This document shows positions 17,228-26,030 of a stretch of DNA of 38,222 nucleotides, one piece after another. Both the position numbers and the translations under genes were made by a program. The stretch comes from an uncultured Bacteroidia bacterium (GTDB taxonomy: Bacteria > Bacteroidota > Bacteroidia > Bacteroidales > Prolixibacteraceae), in NCBI GenBank assembly GCA_903881215.1, contig CAIRSO010000128.1:1-38222 (forward strand), written 5' to 3'. The notes beneath the pieces were generated by a model. The model was not told the DNA's origin, searched no databases, and worked only from the letters and a program-made list of their open reading frames with translations. Every line of letters starts with the position of its first letter. Within the stretch, counting starts at the first letter, position 1.

Positions 17228-18489
17228 GTGCATTTAACCACCATTATTTTCCCCGTTACCGCAGCATCAATCAAACTCGCCTTGTACTCCTTCAACTTCT
17301 CAATTTCCTGCTCTTTGAGGGAAATGGCGGTGGCGATTTTAACGTCAGTATGTTTTAGATATGAGACAATTTCATCTTGTTCTTCAATTGGAGGAAATCC
17401 GATTGCCATTTCGAAAAACATAGTTGAATAGAATCTTAGTCTTGAGGAGTGCAGCCCTGTTGAAACCCGATTGTAATGTGCAATGTAATTTATACTTCCC
17501 AAGAGACTCTCAATATACCAGGAGTTGAATATTCTCTTTTTTTGTCTAAAGATTGCGTATGATGGGCTTACAATTCCAGTACGATCAGATACCCCTAAGG
17601 CACCCATCCATGCCCACATAATATTAAATATCAAATCATCTTTCTGGCATAATTTTGAATTCGAATAATCTTCAGCCAGAAACATGGATACGTTCTTTTC
17701 AGAACGAGGTGTAACTCCCGTTAAATGAGATACTGATAGTAGTTCCTCCTCCCCGTTTACTGAACGGTCATTTATTTCATCGAAAAGATATTTGGCTCTT
17801 TTTACATCCCAATGCTCCGGAATCTCCCCAATCCATTCCACTCCGCTCTCTTTTAGTATGACATTGGGGTTTAGCCCACGGGTAACGGCGCGGTGAATCA
17901 ATATTTGTCTGCGTTCCTTGAGCAGTTCGATTTGTTTTTCCTTGATGCCAATGGCCTGGTCGATTTGGGCAGTTTTGCGGTCGAGAAAGGTGGCGATGGC
18001 GGTTTGCTCTGAGAGAGGAGGAATCAATGTAAGTAAGTTATTAAGGATATTTCCACTGACATGAGGGATACCCATGCCAATGGTTTTTTGTTTTAATTCA
18101 GTTTCTAAAAATTTTGAATAATACCACGCAAAATATTTTTCAATATTTTTAAAACTTATCTGAGCAACAGTTGATGAAATAACTCCGTTTCTACTTTTAA
18201 TGAATTCACCAGCATTAGATCCATCCCACAGTAACAAAATTTCTTCTTTTTCAATGATTTTTGCATTTTTATCCAACACCCATTGATTTTCTTCACCTCC
18301 TCTTAAGTATTCCATACTCATATAAGGAGGTAAATTTGAATCGTTTAGCGTTACAATTTTTTGTGGTAATTTACCTTTTTGAGTATCAGCAATAAATTTA
18401 AATCGTTTCACTTCCCAATGTTCCGGAATATCACCCAGCCATTCCACTTCGGAGGGTTTATAGGCGGGGTATTTTGGAAGCTTGTTCAT
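17224..18489 (-). CDS. hsdS: Type I restriction-modification specificity subunit
   Basis: Two target-recognition halves, each introduced by the duplicated motif IPEHWEVKRFKF / IPEHWDVKRAKYLF. Conserved coiled-coil spacers PPLSEQTAIATFLD and PPIEEQDEIVSYL. AT-rich. Confidence 0.9.
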   Translation of the reverse strand: MNKLPKYPAYKPSEVEWLGDIPEHWEVKRFKFIADTQKGKLPQKIVTLNDSNLPPYMSMEYLRGGEENQWVLDKNAKIIEKEEILLLWDGSNAGEFIKSRNGVISSTVAQISFKNIEKYFAWYYSKFLETELKQKTIGMGIPHVSGNILNNLLTLIPPLSEQTAIATFLDRKTAQIDQAIGIKEKQIELLKERRQILIHRAVTRGLNPNVILKESGVEWIGEIPEHWDVKRAKYLFDEINDRSVNGEEELLSVSHLTGVTPRSEKNVSMFLAEDYSNSKLCQKDDLIFNIMWAWMGALGVSDRTGIVSPSYAIFRQKKRIFNSWYIESLLGSINYIAHYNRVSTGLHSSRLRFYSTMFFEMAIGFPPIEEQDEIVSYLKHTDVKIATAISLKEQEIEKLKEYKASLIDAAVTGKIMVVKCT

Positions 18490-18519
18490 GCGTTGTCTGG
18501 TTGGGTAATAAAATCGGTC

Positions 18520-18558
18520 TCTTTCAATGGTGCAACCACCGGTTGCGTAATTGAAAGA
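18520..18558. promoter_or_regulatory. Nested stem-loop in the ORF6N-hsdS intergenic spacer
   Basis: tctttcaat (18520-18528) pairs perfectly with attgaaaga (18550-18558). Inner stem gcaacc (18532-18537) pairs with ggttgc (18541-18546) around loop acc. A second palindrome, atgaaatatttcat, lies at the ORF6N stop around 18580-18593. Confidence 0.5.
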
Positions 18559-18589
18559 CTGAAATTTTGGCTCTCCTGAATGAAATATT

Positions 18590-19510
18590 TCATGGTTTTA
18601 TTAAATTTAAAATTACTGAAGCGAAGTCATCCATTCTTGAAAAGGCGAACCATTTTTTGCCCAGGTCTTTAAGCGAGGCACCAATATGGTACAATTCCTT
18701 GTTGTCGAGCAATAAAAATCGGTCGTGCGTATGGGCTATGGTTTTTATTTCAATGGTTGGATATTGGAGATTGTGTTTTTTTAGATCCAACTGCAATTGT
18801 GGATTAATTTGCCTGGTGTAAACGGAGGCCGAAACATCCTTGTTGCGCTTGGCCAATAAAACCAGCACAGATTCGTCGATGTAATTGTCAATGAGTATGA
18901 TGCTTGTTTTTGCCTCCTTAATCAGTTCGGCCACAAATACATAAGCATCAAATATATGTCCTTCAAAGAATATTCCTTTATCGGGTACTTTTTCATGTCG
19001 TTCCAATGCATTGAAAACCTGTTCGAATTTTTGATCAGTCTCCAATTGCTTCATTTCAATTTTATCCAATCGCTGAAATAATCCTGCATTTGCCAATACC
19101 AATTTACGCATTTCAACAAATGCATTCATAATCTGGATACTCACCTTTATTGCTGTTTCGCTGCGTAATACTGCCGATAACATAGCCACTCCCTGCTCGG
19201 TAAACGCAAAAGGCCTCGAAGAAGAATGTTTTAATGATTTGATCCGGTCACAATTTGTGACCAGTTCATTTTTCTCATTTTCAGTTAATTGAAACCTAAA
19301 GATGTCAGGGAACCGTTCAATATTTCGCTTTACCGCTTGATTCAAAACTTTTGTATCCACCGAATATACCTCGGATAAATCCTTATCGATCATCACCTGG
19401 ACTCCTCTAATGGTGAAAATCCTGTTTTCAATTTCCTTTTGGTTGATTGCTATTTCCATACCATGCAGTTTTTTATCAATGTCGCCACACGTAGCGACAA
19501 TTTGAAACAT
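18590..19510 (-). CDS. ORF6N (KilA-N-like) DNA-binding domain protein with an uncharacterised C-terminal domain
   Basis: ENRIFTIRGVQVMIDKDLSEVYSVDTKVLNQAVKRNIERFPDIFRFQLT matches the ORF6N domain pattern. The C-terminal approximately 150 aa carry IILIDNYIDESVL...HTHDRFLLLD...IGASLKDLGKKWFAF. The start may be the internal ATG at 19459 (MEIAINQ). Confidence 0.7.
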   Translation of the reverse strand: MFQIVATCGDIDKKLHGMEIAINQKEIENRIFTIRGVQVMIDKDLSEVYSVDTKVLNQAVKRNIERFPDIFRFQLTENEKNELVTNCDRIKSLKHSSSRPFAFTEQGVAMLSAVLRSETAIKVSIQIMNAFVEMRKLVLANAGLFQRLDKIEMKQLETDQKFEQVFNALERHEKVPDKGIFFEGHIFDAYVFVAELIKEAKTSIILIDNYIDESVLVLLAKRNKDVSASVYTRQINPQLQLDLKKHNLQYPTIEIKTIAHTHDRFLLLDNKELYHIGASLKDLGKKWFAFSRMDDFASVILNLIKP

Positions 19511-19513
19511 CGA

Positions 19514-22006
19514 CTATCCCAATTTTAATATTTCACGGATTAAACCATCGCTTTCGCTTTCCAGTTTAAGGATATCGGCACTAACTTCCTCAATACTCCG
19601 AAGCGGTTTGTGCTGATAGAAATACTTGTTGAAGCTGATTTCGTACCCGATTTTGGTGGCATCCAGATTGATCCAGGCTTCCGGAACATGAGGCTTGACT
19701 TCGCGCAAAAAGTAATCGTAGATATTTTCTTTCAGCGGCACATTCTCGGTATCACGCAAATCACTTTCGGTTTCATATTCGAGGTATTCACCTTTTTTTG
19801 CAGTTGGGAAATAACCGTAGTCGGGCAACTGGCTTTCTTTGCAGCCCAAATGATCGAGCAGTCGCTCCAGCTTTTCGCCGGTCAGTTTGGTGGGGCCTTT
19901 GATTACCTTTTCGGCAGAGGCGTCGTACCAGGAGACCGCGTTCAGGATGGCATTTTTTTCGGAGGATGACACCGTAGAGACAAGGCATGACTTGTCTCCG
20001 CGAACAGAAACAGGGCATGCCTTGTCTCTACAGCATGCATCAACCTTATCCCTGAAAACATTGAAATCGTTGTATTCGGCAGTGCCAACGACCTTCATCA
20101 ACTGTTTGGCTGTTTTCAGCAAGTCGAGTTGCTTTTGCCAGGTTTCTTTGCTGACCAGGGCACGGCTTTGTTTGGCGTTGAGATTGAGTTCCTGTTTTTC
20201 AGCCCATTCCAGTATTGCCTTTTCATGTTTTGAAAGGTCGGAATAAACCTCTTCCCCAAACTGTTCAAATGCCCACTCCATCGGTTCCCGCAGGGTTTTG
20301 TCGAAACGCAGTCCGGCAATCCGCTCTTCCGTGAACTGAGCCTTCAGCCTCTTGGGACGTTCCACAGTCACTTTATAGTAGCCAAAATCGACGTTATCGA
20401 AAACCTTGGAGGAGATTGTACCTGAACTGTTTTCGATGCTGATCTCTCTGGAGGCAACCGACTTCATTTCGGCATACACATTCACTATTTCCCTGATATG
20501 TTCGGGGGAAAATTCGCAGTTCTTGTTTCCCAGGTTTTTCCGGAGTTTGCGGTAAAGCTGTCCGGCATCGATCAGCTGGACCTTCCCCTTTCGGTGAGGA
20601 GCCTTGTTATTGCTCAGTATCCAGACGTAAGTAGTGATCCCGGTATTGTAGAACAGATTGTTGGGCATTTGAACGATTGCTTCGAGCCAGTCGTTTTCGA
20701 TGATGTAGCGGCGGATATTGCTTTCCCCACCTCCGGCATCGCCGGTAAACAGGCTGGATCCGTTGTGTACCGAGGCAATCCGGGATCCCGGCTGACTTTG
20801 CGTCAGCGGTTTCATCTGATTATTATTTTGCTTTTCATTTGCCAGATGGAACTCCCAATAATCATCCGCTTGTGTGTGCAGAACTTTCTCTGGTCGTTTC
20901 ATCTTGTTGACCATCTCCATCAAAAACAGCAACTGTCCGTCTGATGAGCGGGGAGTGGCATCGGCATCTTCCAGGATACCCCAATAATTTTTGAGCTGGA
21001 TCTGGAAGCGTGAATCGATAATGTCTTTCCCGTCCTTGATGTATTTCAACTCGCTGGCCCATGATTTGCCATACGGTGGATTGGAAAGCATAAAATCGAA
21101 AGTGGTGCCTGCAAATTCATCGGTCGATAAGGTAGAGCCTACGCGGATATTCTCCGGATTGTTGCCCTTGATCATCATATCTGATTTGCAGATGGCGTAG
21201 GTTTCGTCGTTGATCTCCTTCCCGTAGAGATAGACATCACCCTTTGCCCGGATTTCACCCTCCTCGTCTTTCACGAAGTTTTGCGATTCGGTCAACATGC
21301 CTCCGCTCCCACAGGCCGGATCGTATATTGTCATCACAGGAGGAAGCATATTTTTCACCGGTTCAAAAATGATATGGGTCATCAGGTCAATCACCTCCCT
21401 GGGGGTGAAGTGTTCACCGGCCTCTTCGTTGTTCTCCTCGTTGAATTTTCGGATCAGCTCTTCAAAGACATATCCCATTCCCAGGTTGGTCAGGGGGGGT
21501 AGTTTCCTGCCATCCGGATCAACCTTTTCGGCAGAGGTCAGGTTGATATATGGAGAGGTAAACTTCTCCAGCACATTCAGCAATACATCTTTTGAGGCCA
21601 TGTGCCGCACCTGGCTGCGAAGCTTAAATTTATCAATAATCTCTTTTACATTGCTGCTGAAGCCATTCAAATAGTCTTCGAAATTGGCCTGAAGAATCTG
21701 TTGGCTATTGGTGGCAGTATCGTGCAGGCGTTGCAGGGTCCATGAACTTGTGTTGTAAAAAACATAACCCGACACATCAATCAAACCGTTTTCATCCCAT
21801 TCTGTAAATCCTGCCTCATCACGCTGAAAGGCCACCTCCTCCAGAACGGCATCCTTGGAAGGCTCGAGCAGGGCATCAAGGCGCCGCAGAACCACCATCG
21901 GAAGAATGACATCGCGGTATTTTCCGCGGACATAAATATCTCGCAGACAATCATCCGCTATGGACCAGATAAAGGAAACCAGTTTGTTGTGGGAGGCAGT
22001 ATTCAT
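19514..22006 (-). CDS. hsdM: Type I restriction-modification DNA methyltransferase subunit (long form)
   Basis: N-terminus LVSFIWSIADDCLRD, AdoMet site DPACGSGGML, catalytic NPPYG, C-terminal IGYEISFNKYFY. I prefer ATG 22006 over the tracked TTG at 22039. Confidence 0.9.
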   Translation of the reverse strand: MNTASHNKLVSFIWSIADDCLRDIYVRGKYRDVILPMVVLRRLDALLEPSKDAVLEEVAFQRDEAGFTEWDENGLIDVSGYVFYNTSSWTLQRLHDTATNSQQILQANFEDYLNGFSSNVKEIIDKFKLRSQVRHMASKDVLLNVLEKFTSPYINLTSAEKVDPDGRKLPPLTNLGMGYVFEELIRKFNEENNEEAGEHFTPREVIDLMTHIIFEPVKNMLPPVMTIYDPACGSGGMLTESQNFVKDEEGEIRAKGDVYLYGKEINDETYAICKSDMMIKGNNPENIRVGSTLSTDEFAGTTFDFMLSNPPYGKSWASELKYIKDGKDIIDSRFQIQLKNYWGILEDADATPRSSDGQLLFLMEMVNKMKRPEKVLHTQADDYWEFHLANEKQNNNQMKPLTQSQPGSRIASVHNGSSLFTGDAGGGESNIRRYIIENDWLEAIVQMPNNLFYNTGITTYVWILSNNKAPHRKGKVQLIDAGQLYRKLRKNLGNKNCEFSPEHIREIVNVYAEMKSVASREISIENSSGTISSKVFDNVDFGYYKVTVERPKRLKAQFTEERIAGLRFDKTLREPMEWAFEQFGEEVYSDLSKHEKAILEWAEKQELNLNAKQSRALVSKETWQKQLDLLKTAKQLMKVVGTAEYNDFNVFRDKVDACCRDKACPVSVRGDKSCLVSTVSSSEKNAILNAVSWYDASAEKVIKGPTKLTGEKLERLLDHLGCKESQLPDYGYFPTAKKGEYLEYETESDLRDTENVPLKENIYDYFLREVKPHVPEAWINLDATKIGYEISFNKYFYQHKPLRSIEEVSADILKLESESDGLIREILKLG
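19974..20031. repeat. Two tandem copies of the GAGACAAGGCATGCCTTGTCTC palindromic repeat, in frame inside hsdM
   Basis: gtagagacaaggcatgacttgtctc at 19974-19998 and agaaacagggcatgccttgtctctac at 20006-20031. On the - strand they are translated as ...CPVSVRGDKSCLVSTV... without breaking the hsdM frame. Confidence 0.85.
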
Positions 22007-22245
22007 GGAAATTGGAGCTTTAAAGAAGTCGGATCGCAAATGTGGTTACTTTAATTCCATTCTCATTGTGCGAAGCAATTCAATCAGGTTAGAGAATTCA
22101 ATATTAGTCAATAAAAGTAAAGAATATTCCTAAATTTCCGGGGATCGGCACCAAAATAATATCCCCTGTAATCCTTATGCAAGAAACTATTCCTACCTTT
22201 ACCTGAGCTAATCCGGAAGTTATCATCATTAAGTCAAATCCTGTT

Positions 22246-24981
22246 TTGAAAAAGATTCAAATTTCACCATTTTACAGGATTGTCGTTCTCCTAATTTTAA
22301 TCATCCTTTCGACTAAAACATCGCAATCACAGGAGATTCCGGAGATAAAAATCACCAGGACATTTAATCAGACCCCACTTTCTGAGTTTTTCAGTTACCT
22401 GGAAGAAGCGTTTGGCATCAATTTTTTTTACAAGGAGGAGTGGATAAAAACTTCTGTGGTTAGCGGTGCATTCAAGAACAGTCCGGTTACCCAGGTGCTG
22501 AACCAGGTATTGACCGACAAAGACCTAAATTTCCGATTCTTCGATCTGGATATGGTGTTCGTCTATCCTAAAAGCCCGGACGGAAATGTAGTGCTGAGCC
22601 GCAACGAATCGCAACTGATTGTCATTGGCGATCCGCTGAATCAGGTGCAAAACAAAAGGGCCAAACTACAGGGGAAAGTGCTCGATGGCAAAACCGGTGA
22701 TCCGCTACCGGGGGCAGTTGTCTACAATCCGGAAACGAAAACCGGAGTGGTTTCGGATGCGAAAGGAAAATACATGATCGAGCTGCCTACCGGTGAACTG
22801 AACCTCAGAATCTCCTTCATGAATTTTGAAAACAAAAATCTCAGGATTCAGCTTATTCAGGATGGGAACGCCGATCTGGAGATTTTTGAAAAGACCCAGC
22901 AGATTGAAGAAGTCACGATCATGGGCGACAATAAACGTGCCTCAAAAGCCCAGATGAGCATGATCAAGATGAGTGCCGTTTCCATCAAGGAGCTGCCGGT
23001 CCTGATGGGCGAAGCCGATCTGATCAAAGGCATGGTGATGATGCCGGGCGTTCAAAGTGTTGGCGAGATGTCGTCAGGGTTTAATGTTCGCGGTGGAAAT
23101 ACGGATCAAAACCTCGTCCTGGTGAATGGTGCCCCACTATTTAATACCACCCATCTTTTTGGTTTCTTTTCGATGGTTAACCAGGATGCCGTCTCGGATG
23201 TGACGCTTTTCAAAGGCGGGATGCCGGCCTCATTCGGCGAACGGACTTCCTCCGTTATGGAGATTCAACTCAAGGATGGCTCCAACAAATATCTGAGCAT
23301 CAATGGCGGCATCGGACTTATCAACAGCCGGCTTTCCATCGAAGGACCGTTCGCCAAAAAGAAGAAAAGTTCTTTCATGGTAGGCGGAAGAAGCACTTAT
23401 TCGGACTGGTTGCTCCAGAAAACCAAGAACCCAACTTTCATGAACAGCGTGGCGCATTTTTATGATTTGAATGGCACGGCAACGATTGAAATAAGTCCGA
23501 AAGATCACCTGAAGTTGACTGGATACCTTAGCTCCGATGTTTTCAATCTCAACACCAGCACACTCTACCAATATGCAAATTACCTGGGTTCGCTCAACTG
23601 GAAGCTGAACCTGACCGACAAAATCATCTCGCAATTGTCGCTGGCCTACTCAAAATATGATCTGAAGGTGGACCAGAAAGACCCTTATCTACCGCTGGAT
23701 GACTATACCCTGAAATCAGGCATCCAATATGGGAGCCTAAAGTACAACTTGCTTTACTATCCCAACGAGAAACATCACATCAGTGCCGGATTACAAGCCA
23801 TAAGCTACCGCATCAATCCGGGTGAAATCGCTCCAACACTATCCAATTCGAACGTATTCAAATCCTCGATGCAGAAGGAGCAGTCGGCCGAGGTGGCACT
23901 GTTTGCGGACGATAACTTTGACTTGTCGGAGAAGGTCTCCGTTAGCATCGGATTTCGGTACACCGGCTTTTTCAATTTCGGACCCGGAGTGGTGTACAAT
24001 TATGCCGATGGAGTTTCCAAAAGCACCCACTCCATTATCGACTCAACCCTTTTCAATTCGGGACAGATCATTAAGTCTTACCAGGCACCGGAGCCCCGGC
24101 TGGCCCTCAAATTATTGCTGCCTAACGGCGGATCGCTGCGTTTAAATTATCAGCAGACCCACCAATTTATCAGTCAGATTTCCAACACAGCAGTTATTTC
24201 GCCGGCCGATTACTGGAAATCTGCCGGAACTTATCTCGCTCCGCTGATCAATGACCAGATCGCTTTTGGCTTTTTCAAGACACCAACCAAAGGGAATTTT
24301 GAGTTTTCGGCGGAGGCCTACTACAAAAAACTTCAGAATTTGCCGGAATACAAAAACGGCGCACTGCTCCTGATGAACACCCACCTCGAAACCGACTACA
24401 TCCCGGCAAGCGGCTATTCCTACGGACTGGAACTGATGGCCAAAAAGAGTTCCGGAAAGTTGAATGGCTGGATCAGCTATACCTTTTCACGCACTTTCCA
24501 GAAAGCCAATGGGCCGTTCCCGGAAGAGAAAATCAACAGAGGGGCCTTCTACCCTTCCATCTATGACAAGCCGCATGATCTTTCAGTGGTAACAAATTAC
24601 AATATCAGCAGGCGATGGCGCTTTTCGGGCAATTTTGTCTATTCATCGGGAAGGCCGATTACACTGCCGGAGCAAAAATACCTGCTGGGAGGAAATCAAA
24701 TCGTGTACTTTTCGGATAGAAACAGCTACCGGATGCCTTCTTACCACCGGATGGATGTCGCGATAACATTGGACGAAAACCTCAAGAGAAAACGGTCGTG
24801 GAAAGGAAGCTGGACCTTCTCGGTTTACAACCTTTATGGACGTAAAAATCCCTATTCGGTCTTTTACCGCAAGGACGCCTCCCTCCAAACCATGGATAAG
24901 GACAAGACACAATATGCCATCTATAAATTATCGATTATTGGCGTTCCCGTTCCTTCTATTACCTACAATTTTAAATTCTGA
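22246..24981 (+). CDS. TonB-dependent outer-membrane receptor with N-terminal STN-like and CarboxypepD_reg domains
   Basis: Signal peptide. STN-like region (PLSEFFSYLEEAFGINFFY). CarboxypepD_reg region (LQGKVLDGKTGDPLPGAVVYN...DAKGKYMIELP). Plug region. Long beta-barrel ending in the aromatic terminus YNFKF. TTG start as tracked. Confidence 0.85.
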   Translation: MKKIQISPFYRIVVLLILIILSTKTSQSQEIPEIKITRTFNQTPLSEFFSYLEEAFGINFFYKEEWIKTSVVSGAFKNSPVTQVLNQVLTDKDLNFRFFDLDMVFVYPKSPDGNVVLSRNESQLIVIGDPLNQVQNKRAKLQGKVLDGKTGDPLPGAVVYNPETKTGVVSDAKGKYMIELPTGELNLRISFMNFENKNLRIQLIQDGNADLEIFEKTQQIEEVTIMGDNKRASKAQMSMIKMSAVSIKELPVLMGEADLIKGMVMMPGVQSVGEMSSGFNVRGGNTDQNLVLVNGAPLFNTTHLFGFFSMVNQDAVSDVTLFKGGMPASFGERTSSVMEIQLKDGSNKYLSINGGIGLINSRLSIEGPFAKKKKSSFMVGGRSTYSDWLLQKTKNPTFMNSVAHFYDLNGTATIEISPKDHLKLTGYLSSDVFNLNTSTLYQYANYLGSLNWKLNLTDKIISQLSLAYSKYDLKVDQKDPYLPLDDYTLKSGIQYGSLKYNLLYYPNEKHHISAGLQAISYRINPGEIAPTLSNSNVFKSSMQKEQSAEVALFADDNFDLSEKVSVSIGFRYTGFFNFGPGVVYNYADGVSKSTHSIIDSTLFNSGQIIKSYQAPEPRLALKLLLPNGGSLRLNYQQTHQFISQISNTAVISPADYWKSAGTYLAPLINDQIAFGFFKTPTKGNFEFSAEAYYKKLQNLPEYKNGALLLMNTHLETDYIPASGYSYGLELMAKKSSGKLNGWISYTFSRTFQKANGPFPEEKINRGAFYPSIYDKPHDLSVVTNYNISRRWRFSGNFVYSSGRPITLPEQKYLLGGNQIVYFSDRNSYRMPSYHRMDVAITLDENLKRKRSWKGSWTFSVYNLYGRKNPYSVFYRKDASLQTMDKDKTQYAIYKLSIIGVPVPSITYNFKF

Positions 24982-26030
24982 TGCTAAGAAAGACGATCTA
25001 TATTCTATTGATGATTTACAGCCTCATATCCTGTGAGGAGGTCTATTATCCATCGATGAAAGATGCCGGTGGACAGCTTATGGTGGATGCATTGGTGACA
25101 AATGACCTGACTCAAAGCTATGTTCGCCTTTCGAGGTCGACAAGTTTTTACGATTTGGGCGAACCGGCATCAGTGACCGGCGCATCCGTAAAACTGATGG
25201 ATACCAAAGGCAACAGCTTTCAGGGTACTGAAATCAGTGCGGGAAAATTCACTTTTTCAAATAGTCCGGTAGTTGGAAAGAGCTATAAACTGCAAATTCT
25301 CCTTGGCAGCGATACCTACGAATCTGAGATTCTTGCAATGCCTCCCATTGCGGCGCTCAGCAATTTTTATTCGGAGCGTGCAGAGAAAAAGGAGTATCAA
25401 TCCAACAGTAGTGGTGTGCCTGTGGCTGTTACCGTGACTGGTCAGGAGCTTTACGCCGACGCCCCGGTCACTGCGGCGCTCGCCAATTACAGATTTGTCG
25501 CAAGAACCGTGATGGAATGGGTGTATGTGATCCCAAATACCCCCATGGCACCAACGATGTACGGATGGCAATCGCTTTACGACAAGAGTACGTACAACAT
25601 TGCGGGACCGAAGAAATTCAGTCAGATCAGCAAGATCGAGAAGCAGCCGCTGATGTTGCTGCCATTCAACACCACCAATCTTATTCGAACCGGTGCCAGT
25701 GTGGCAGGATGGATTTTTATCCTCGATCAATATGGCACTTCGCAAAGTTCTTACGATTACCATGAAAAGCTGAACAACCAGTTTTCTGCCAATGGAAGCC
25801 TTTTCGATCCGGTTCAGACCCAGGTGTATGGAAACATCATCTGCAAAACGGATCCTGCCAAGATCGTCTTTGGGTTCTTCGATCTGGCCTCCTATCAGCA
25901 GCATCGGTATTTCATCCAGTTTAATGGTTCAGACCCTGCAGGAAGCGCGTTAATTAGGAAGATAAACGGCTATCCTGCGATACCGGAAAATGGTCAGACG
26001 ATCAATGTGAAGCCGGGATGGTGGGAGTGA
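24981..26030 (+). CDS. DUF4249-like lipoprotein (usual partner of this TBDR class)
   Basis: Lipobox LISC. N-terminal LMVDALVTNDLTQSYVRLSRSTSF pattern typical of DUF4249. The start overlaps the TBDR stop. Confidence 0.7.
   Translation: MLRKTIYILLMIYSLISCEEVYYPSMKDAGGQLMVDALVTNDLTQSYVRLSRSTSFYDLGEPASVTGASVKLMDTKGNSFQGTEISAGKFTFSNSPVVGKSYKLQILLGSDTYESEILAMPPIAALSNFYSERAEKKEYQSNSSGVPVAVTVTGQELYADAPVTAALANYRFVARTVMEWVYVIPNTPMAPTMYGWQSLYDKSTYNIAGPKKFSQISKIEKQPLMLLPFNTTNLIRTGASVAGWIFILDQYGTSQSSYDYHEKLNNQFSANGSLFDPVQTQVYGNIICKTDPAKIVFGFFDLASYQQHRYFIQFNGSDPAGSALIRKINGYPAIPENGQTINVKPGWWE

Noticed and set aside
17213-17431. 72-aa + strand ORF starting MPCLYVHL, and the similar 19788-20018 minus-strand ORF (MPCFCSRRQVMPCLYG)
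   Set aside because: The start codons are created by the GCATGC core of the palindromic repeat. Both ORFs overlap well-supported hsdS or hsdM coding sequence.
17224-18489. Phase-variable hsdS shufflon (inverted silent hsdS copies)
   Set aside because: There is only one hsdS gene. No partial hsdS fragments, inverted TRD repeats or adjacent site-specific recombinase occur in the window.
22007-22039. TTG-initiated 11-codon extension of hsdM
   Set aside because: The ATG at 22006 gives an N-terminus (MNTASHNKLVSFIWSIAD) typical of HsdM. The TTG extension is unsupported, though it cannot be strictly excluded.
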